Below are positions 58,683-64,000 of a stretch of DNA of 64,000 nt, one piece after another. The stretch is from NCBI GenBank assembly GCA_963798485.1, contig CAWCTR010000007.1, forward strand, positions 512,001 through 576,000, in the 5' to 3' direction. A program made the translations under genes and the position numbers. Origin of the DNA: an uncultured delta proteobacterium (lineage in GTDB: Bacteria; Desulfobacterota; Desulfomonilia; UBA1062). Under the pieces are notes generated by a model. It did no database searches. It saw nothing but the letters and a program-made list of their open reading frames with translations, and was not told where the DNA came from. The number at the start of each line of letters is the position of its first letter. Position 1 is the stretch's first letter.

Positions 58683-59339
58683 TTGAAGGGCATAGGCTTG
58701 AACCAGATTCTTAAGGACCTGCACGATGCAGACCCTGAAATCAAGAAGATGGCTGCAAGGGCCATACTCAAAGAAATCCCGGACCCCGCACTGGTTTTAT
58801 CCGAGGCGCTGAAGGAGGCCGATAAGCCTACAGCTACTGCCATCTATGACATCCTCTTTGATGCCCAGGCCGATTTCTCAAATATCTTCCATGCAGCCAC
58901 CCAGGATGAAGACCCCCGGGTGAGGGCGCGGGCCATACGGTATCTTTTCCGGAGAGGCGCATTCCACCCTGAAGATGGAATCAAATGGCTTGAAGACTCA
59001 GACCCCTATGTCCGCAGGAGGGTTATCAGCTATATCTTCTGGTTGAATGACAAGAGCTCTCTTGGCGCAGTGGCAAGGCTCTGCATAGAGGACCCGGATG
59101 AATCCGTCAGAAAGGACTGTCTGAGACTGATCGCCATATGGGGTTCGATAGAAAATGTGGAGAAGGTGATCCAGGCCCTGGAGGACCCGTCACATGAGGT
59201 GAGAATGCAGGCTGTGCAGACCCTCAAAAGGCTCACGGGTGAGGATTTCGGAGAGCCGCTTGGTGCTTCACCAGAGGAATTCGAGTGGATTATTGCAAGG
59301 TGGCAGGGCTGGTGGGAGATCATGAGGGAGCGTCCATAG
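58683..59339 (+). CDS. HEAT-repeat protein (candidate PomY-like)
   Basis: TTG start with GGAGG RBS; repeats DEDPRVRARA, DSDPYVRRRV, DPDESVRKDC, DPSHEVRMQA. Confidence 0.75.
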   Translation: MKGIGLNQILKDLHDADPEIKKMAARAILKEIPDPALVLSEALKEADKPTATAIYDILFDAQADFSNIFHAATQDEDPRVRARAIRYLFRRGAFHPEDGIKWLEDSDPYVRRRVISYIFWLNDKSSLGAVARLCIEDPDESVRKDCLRLIAIWGSIENVEKVIQALEDPSHEVRMQAVQTLKRLTGEDFGEPLGASPEEFEWIIARWQGWWEIMRERP

Positions 59340-60299
59340 ATGGAACAACCCGTATATACGGCCAAGGAATTTGCAACATTGCTCGGGATTTCAAAGCCGG
59401 CCCTCTTGAAAATGGAGATGAACGGAACACTCCCTCATCCCCAGCTTGTTGAGGGCGCTCGTGTCTATTATCCGCATGACATCCCCTTTTATCTTAAGAG
59501 CCTCGGAAAACCTCTATTGGTAACATCAAAAAGGAGGCAGATATTCCTCAACTTTAAAGGGGGAACGGGAAAGACGAGCAGCTCGGCCTTCTATGCCTTC
59601 AGGCTCGCTCAGCTCGGTATGCAGGTGCTGCTCATGGACCTTGACCCCCAGGGCCATCTCACTCAATGTCTTGGGATCGACCACGATTCCATTGAAAACA
59701 CCTTATATAATGTCCTTATCGAGAAGACGGACATTCGCGACATTATCATAAACACGAAGATGAAAAATCTTAAGCTCATCCCTGCGAACCTCGACCTCTC
59801 TCCGGTGGAACTGGCTCTCACCTCCATGAATGCCCGCGAGCAGCGCCTGAGAAAGAGTATAACCGCGATTCAGGATGACTTTGATGTGATCATCATGGAT
59901 GCCTCGCCATCCATCGGCTTATTGAACCTGAACGGTATCCTTGCCTGCAACGATCTCTTTGTCCCGGTTTTGGCGGATTTTCTGTCTTACCATGGGCTTA
60001 AGATCCTCTTCGAGACGTTATCGACTATTGAGGAGGACTTTGAATTCATCTTTGAGAATATCTATATCTTTCTGAATAACTATAATGCATCCCACAATAT
60101 CTGCCAGCGGGCGAAAGAGGCCTTGGAGACGCACTATAACGGCTATCTTATGAAGACGCTGATACGCCAGGACATAAAGATTGCTGAGGCGGCGAGCGTA
60201 GGGATACCTATTACGCAGTATGCGCCGAAGAACAGAGGCTCGGTAGATCTGAATGATTTTATTCGGGAGGTTTTTCCTAATCTCCCGATTGTCTTTTAA
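59340..60299 (+). CDS. ParA/Soj family ATPase with N-terminal HTH-like extension (PomZ-like)
   Basis: Deviant Walker A NFKGGTGKT, DLDPQGH, NDLFVPVLADFLSYHGLKILFET; no parB nearby. Confidence 0.85.
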   Translation: MEQPVYTAKEFATLLGISKPALLKMEMNGTLPHPQLVEGARVYYPHDIPFYLKSLGKPLLVTSKRRQIFLNFKGGTGKTSSSAFYAFRLAQLGMQVLLMDLDPQGHLTQCLGIDHDSIENTLYNVLIEKTDIRDIIINTKMKNLKLIPANLDLSPVELALTSMNAREQRLRKSITAIQDDFDVIIMDASPSIGLLNLNGILACNDLFVPVLADFLSYHGLKILFETLSTIEEDFEFIFENIYIFLNNYNASHNICQRAKEALETHYNGYLMKTLIRQDIKIAEAASVGIPITQYAPKNRGSVDLNDFIREVFPNLPIVF

Positions 60300-60391
60300 T
60301 CGGTTTTATGGTTAACGTAGTATTCGGATTCAACCTGAAGGGCATTGGATTTTTTATGATGCCAATAGATTGAAATGAGGAGTTATTATAT

Positions 60392-61159
60392 ATGAAAGAC
60401 GGTTTTGATACAAGCGTAGCTGAACGGATGCCCAAGATGCAGAAGCGCCGTCCCAACAGGCCCTGGAATGTAGACCCTGTACTGATAAAGCCGCAGGAAG
60501 AGATCAAAGAGCAGGCCGCGCCCGCTCCGGAGGCAATCAGAGAACCGGTTATATCCCCCATCATATCCAAGGATATCGCCCATTCCTCCATTGCCAAGGC
60601 TGTGGAAACCATTGAGGACCTGAATACCGAGTTCTCGCAGATCCTCTTTGAGAAGAAGGACGTCGCCCGTAGACTCAAGGATCATGATCGCGTCATCGAA
60701 GAGATCGGGCGGGAAAATTCAAGCCTCAAGGTGAATCTTGCCGAACTGGAAATGGCGGCACAGGAGCACAAGCTCCTGGATCGGGAGATCCTGTTCCTGA
60801 ACGAACAGCTCGAAGATGCAGACCATTATATCCAGCATGTGGTGGGTATGCTCGAGGAAAGGACAATAGGCTTCGATGCCGAGGTGACAAAAAGCAAGGC
60901 CTTCGAGGACAGGCTCGTGCGCTTCTCAAAAGACATCCAGGACAAGGCAAGGCTCGACGTCAAGGTATCCATCCTCGAGAAGGACCTCGGTATAAGCACT
61001 GCAAGAATTCAAGAACTGGAAACCAAGCTCGAGGAAGAATACCATAAGAGAAAACCGCTGGAAGATGAGATAGCAGAGCTCAAGATTGCACTGGACAGGG
61101 TATACTCGTCCCTGTCGCATATCAGGCTCAAGGCTAAGCGTGAGGTGTATGGATCCTGA
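60392..61159 (+). CDS. Coiled-coil protein with basic N-terminal peptide (candidate PomX-like)
   Basis: GAGGAG RBS; MKDGFDTSVAERMPKMQKRR, Pro/Ala/Glu linker, long heptad-rich C-terminus. Confidence 0.7.
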   Translation: MKDGFDTSVAERMPKMQKRRPNRPWNVDPVLIKPQEEIKEQAAPAPEAIREPVISPIISKDIAHSSIAKAVETIEDLNTEFSQILFEKKDVARRLKDHDRVIEEIGRENSSLKVNLAELEMAAQEHKLLDREILFLNEQLEDADHYIQHVVGMLEERTIGFDAEVTKSKAFEDRLVRFSKDIQDKARLDVKVSILEKDLGISTARIQELETKLEEEYHKRKPLEDEIAELKIALDRVYSSLSHIRLKAKREVYGS

Positions 61160-61382
61160 TACCTCGAAGAAGGTCAACGACCTGCTGGGGCTGATGGAAG
61201 GCATCTCTTCCGACATTGATATAAAGGCGGAGCTCGATAAGATTATCTCCCGGATCCATGAACTTGAGGAGAAGGTAGAAAACCTTGCTCAGAGATTCGA
61301 AAAGATCGAGAAGACGAACCGGGAGAAGCAGGATGTCTTGAAGACCATCAGGAAAGAGCTCAAAAACCTCTTTCCCGGTTAA
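61149..61382 (+). CDS. Small coiled-coil protein (77 aa)
   Basis: GAGG RBS-like motif, start overlaps the upstream gene end; heptad pattern ISRIHELEEKVENLAQRFEKIEK. Confidence 0.65.
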   Translation: MDPDTSKKVNDLLGLMEGISSDIDIKAELDKIISRIHELEEKVENLAQRFEKIEKTNREKQDVLKTIRKELKNLFPG

Positions 61383-61404
61383 TGTGCAATGGTGTTGATC
61401 TTTC

Positions 61405-62763
61405 TTATTTTGGGATGGTAATGCCGTGTTTTTTAATGAGGTCATGAAGGGTCGGCCTGCTTACATCGAGATCCTGAGCAGCCTTTGATATATTGCCGCT
61501 GTTGCATGCCAGGGCGTGTCTTATGGCTGTGATCTCGGCCGAATCGCGTATTTCCTTCAACGTCTGAGATATTCCTTCATCAGTGGTATCATTGAGGTCG
61601 ATGTCCTGGGGTTGAATGTAATCCCCCTCGGCCATCACGACTGCACGCTTGATCCTGTTCTGCATCTCACGGATGTTGCCTTTCCAGTTGTGTTTCATCA
61701 TGGAATCTATTGCAGCGGAACTGAATCCCTTAAACCTCGGACCGATCTCCCTGCTGAAGGAATCCAGGAAATATCTCGCCAATAGCGGAATGTCATCTGG
61801 TCGGTCCTTAAGTGCGGGCATGGAGAGCGGGACCACATTGAGCCGATAGTAAAGGTCTTCCCTGAAACGGCCCTCATCCACCGCCTTCTTGAGGTCTACG
61901 TTGGTAGAGGCGATCATTCGGGCATCGATGGAGAGAGGTTCTTTGCCGCCAATCCGCTCAATGGTGCCCTCCTGGATAAACCTGAGGAGTTTTACTTGAA
62001 GTTGGAGAGGGAGCTCGCTTATCTCATCGAGAACGACAGTCCCCCCTTGGGCCCTCTCAACCTTACCGATTTGGCGGGCATGAGCACCGGTGAATGATCC
62101 CTTCTCATGGCCGAAGAGTTCGCTCTCCAGGAGATTCTCCGGTATGGACCCGCAGTCGATAATGACTAAAGGTTTATCGGAACGGTCGCTCATGGCATGG
62201 ATCGCTTGTGCAAGACACTCTTTGCCGGTGCCGCTCTCTCCCTGAATCAGAATGGGGTAGTCGGTGCGGGCAACCTTTTTGGCTCGCTCGAACAGGTCCA
62301 TCATGGGTTGGGATGTAGCTACCATGCCATGGAATTGCAATTCGCCCGAGACCATAAACTGGAGTTCTGACACCTGATGCTCCAGCCGGGACAAATGGAC
62401 CGCCCTCTTGATGACGATCCTGAGTTCTTCAAGATCTACTGGTTTGGTATGATAATCGTATGCGCCGAGCGAGACAGCCCTTACCGCATTCATTTTATCA
62501 GTGTTTCCGGTAATCACGATGACCTTTGTTTGATCCTTTTTGCTGATAATTTCTTCAAGGACCCTTAATCCTTCTTCCGCGCTGTCAGGATAGGGTGGAA
62601 GTCCAAGGTCCAGCAGCACGACCAAAGGGCTCTCCTTATCGAGAATACTCACTGCATCAGCGGCATTTGTCGCCGTAAAGATATTATAGGTGTCGCGCAA
62701 GCCCCACTTGAGTTGTTTGGCCATGCTTGATTCATCCTCAATGATCAGTATCTGGTCCTTCAT
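61405..62763 (-). CDS. prsR: PEP-CTERM-box sigma54-dependent response regulator
   Basis: Receiver LLDLGLPP.PD..EEG, GESGTGKE, ESELFGHEKGSFTGA, Fis-type HTH; coupled to prsK. Confidence 0.85.
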   Translation of the reverse strand: MKDQILIIEDESSMAKQLKWGLRDTYNIFTATNAADAVSILDKESPLVVLLDLGLPPYPDSAEEGLRVLEEIISKKDQTKVIVITGNTDKMNAVRAVSLGAYDYHTKPVDLEELRIVIKRAVHLSRLEHQVSELQFMVSGELQFHGMVATSQPMMDLFERAKKVARTDYPILIQGESGTGKECLAQAIHAMSDRSDKPLVIIDCGSIPENLLESELFGHEKGSFTGAHARQIGKVERAQGGTVVLDEISELPLQLQVKLLRFIQEGTIERIGGKEPLSIDARMIASTNVDLKKAVDEGRFREDLYYRLNVVPLSMPALKDRPDDIPLLARYFLDSFSREIGPRFKGFSSAAIDSMMKHNWKGNIREMQNRIKRAVVMAEGDYIQPQDIDLNDTTDEGISQTLKEIRDSAEITAIRHALACNSGNISKAAQDLDVSRPTLHDLIKKHGITIPK

Positions 62764-64000
62764 GTTGTAGTTCTCCCGGATTGATTCTGAGGGAACCATA
62801 CTGAAACAGTGATTCCCCGATCCTGATTCGGCTTCACGTCAATTATTGCCCTGAGCTGGTCAGCCATGTTCTTTACCTGCCAAAGCCCGAGGCCTGTGCC
62901 TTTGTTCTTGGTGGTCTGGAAAGGTTTGAAAAGCTTTTCCCGGATATATTCATCCGTCATGCCTATACCGTTATCGGTGATGGTGAAAACCGGTGAATCT
63001 CCCTTTATGCAGGCGGCGATTGTTATTATCCCATCATCCCCGACTGCCTCAGTGGCGTTCACAATGATATTTTCCAGGATTTTGTCTAAGATATCAGGGT
63101 CAGTGGTAAGCTCGAATGAGCTGTTAAAATCATGTATGACCTGGATATTTTCCAGCCTGGGCCTGAGCCCGGCAACGAGCTCTTCAAGAAAGGGTTTGAT
63201 TCTGAAGGTCTTCGTATGGATTTCCACATGCTCCGGTATTGTCTTAAATTTGCTCATGACCTTATCTATCCGGGCAAGGGCCTCAGAGATGGTGTCAAGC
63301 ATGTCTGTGCGGAATTCTGCCTGATTCATATGTTTAGGGGCATTCTGGAGGATAAGGGAAAGGTGTCCTGCCGCGTTTTTAAGGTCATGAAGCACGGTTG
63401 CAGACATATGATTGTACGTATCGAGTTCCTTGTTCTCGGCGAGCTTCTTGGCATAACGTGCACTCATAAGGGCGGCGCTTGCCTGGGATGCAACGGCGCT
63501 CAGAAGGTCAATATCGTCCTGGCCGTAAGGCGTGCCGGGATTCTCCTGACCGACAGCTATGAATCCTATCATAGAACCTGCCGTCATTCCCACGGCGAGT
63601 TCGACCTTGTTCCGGTTAAGGAAGTCGCGGTGATTTTTTACAATATCCTCCCATAGGGAGTCATTTGTCTTACAAGGTGTTCTCCTCATAAAATATGGGT
63701 TGCTGCCAAGATATTTAACCAGGAGGTGGTTATCACTCATGATTGTCTCCCCGGAGGTGTCGGGGAAGGAAAACGAGCGTTTGTATGATGCCCCTTCGAG
63801 CATCCAGATGGAAAGTTCCCTGATGTACATGCTGTCAAGGATAACTTGGGAGGTAACATGGATGATCTGGTTCTCATTGAAGGCAATTGAGAGGTATCCG
63901 CTCAGCTCTCCCCACTCCTTGCGATAATCATATTTATTTGAGAAAAAGTGGGTATTGATGAAGAACCTTATACGGGCCCTCGCTTCAGGTGATAGAAGGA
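62760..64000 (-). CDS. prsK: PEP-CTERM system histidine kinase (5' end beyond the window)
   Basis: Frame open to the window edge with RARIRFFINTHFFSNKYDYRKEW; GAF-like region; VLHDLKN H-box; LFKPFQTTK, GTGLGL. Confidence 0.82.
   Translation of the reverse strand, partial: LLSPEARARIRFFINTHFFSNKYDYRKEWGELSGYLSIAFNENQIIHVTSQVILDSMYIRELSIWMLEGASYKRSFSFPDTSGETIMSDNHLLVKYLGSNPYFMRRTPCKTNDSLWEDIVKNHRDFLNRNKVELAVGMTAGSMIGFIAVGQENPGTPYGQDDIDLLSAVASQASAALMSARYAKKLAENKELDTYNHMSATVLHDLKNAAGHLSLILQNAPKHMNQAEFRTDMLDTISEALARIDKVMSKFKTIPEHVEIHTKTFRIKPFLEELVAGLRPRLENIQVIHDFNSSFELTTDPDILDKILENIIVNATEAVGDDGIITIAACIKGDSPVFTITDNGIGMTDEYIREKLFKPFQTTKNKGTGLGLWQVKNMADQLRAIIDVKPNQDRGITVSVWFPQNQSGRTTT

Noticed and set aside
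59340-60299. Chromosome or plasmid partition parA
   Set aside because: No adjacent parB, parS palindrome or origin genes; motifs and neighbours fit a PomZ-like ATPase better.
1-64000. CRISPR array or diversity-generating retroelement
   Set aside because: No regularly spaced repeat-spacer array, cas gene, reverse transcriptase or adenine-variant repeat pair was seen by eye.

Overview
A bacterial chromosomal segment that looks deltaproteobacterial (Desulfobacterota-like); this is inferred from gene content such as PrsK/PrsR, HrcA/CIRCE and rpoZ-dnaJ. Housekeeping loci include Mla-type ABC genes, argS, hrcA-grpE-dnaK with a CIRCE operator, MacAB-TolC-type efflux, rpoZ-dnaJ, fba, fbp, a complete trpEGDCFBA operon with a Trp-Trp-Trp leader attenuator, tRNA-Ser(GCT), priA and prsK/prsR. 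Accessory DNA comprises: (i) a three-gene secreted module (1619-aa Ig-repeat/beta-propeller protein, a small exported protein, and a Zn-dependent phospholipase C/P1-nuclease-like protein) lying between fbp and fba; (ii) an intact IS4-family element with 19-bp inverted repeats and an 11-bp target duplication; (iii) a 7.4-kb integrase-less defence island between 72-bp direct repeats at tRNA-Ser (Type III R-M, a Schlafen/AlbA_2 protein, an internally deleted SNF2 helicase); (iv) a small decayed type I R-M remnant. The most striking signal is a four-gene operon at 58.7-61.4 kb (HEAT-repeat protein, ParA ATPase, two coiled-coil proteins) that resembles a minimal version of the myxobacterial PomY-PomZ-PomX division-site positioning system with an extra gene. 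Seven frameshifts in otherwise intact genes probably reflect assembly indels. No searches were run; family calls rest on motifs read from the sequence and recalled family knowledge.
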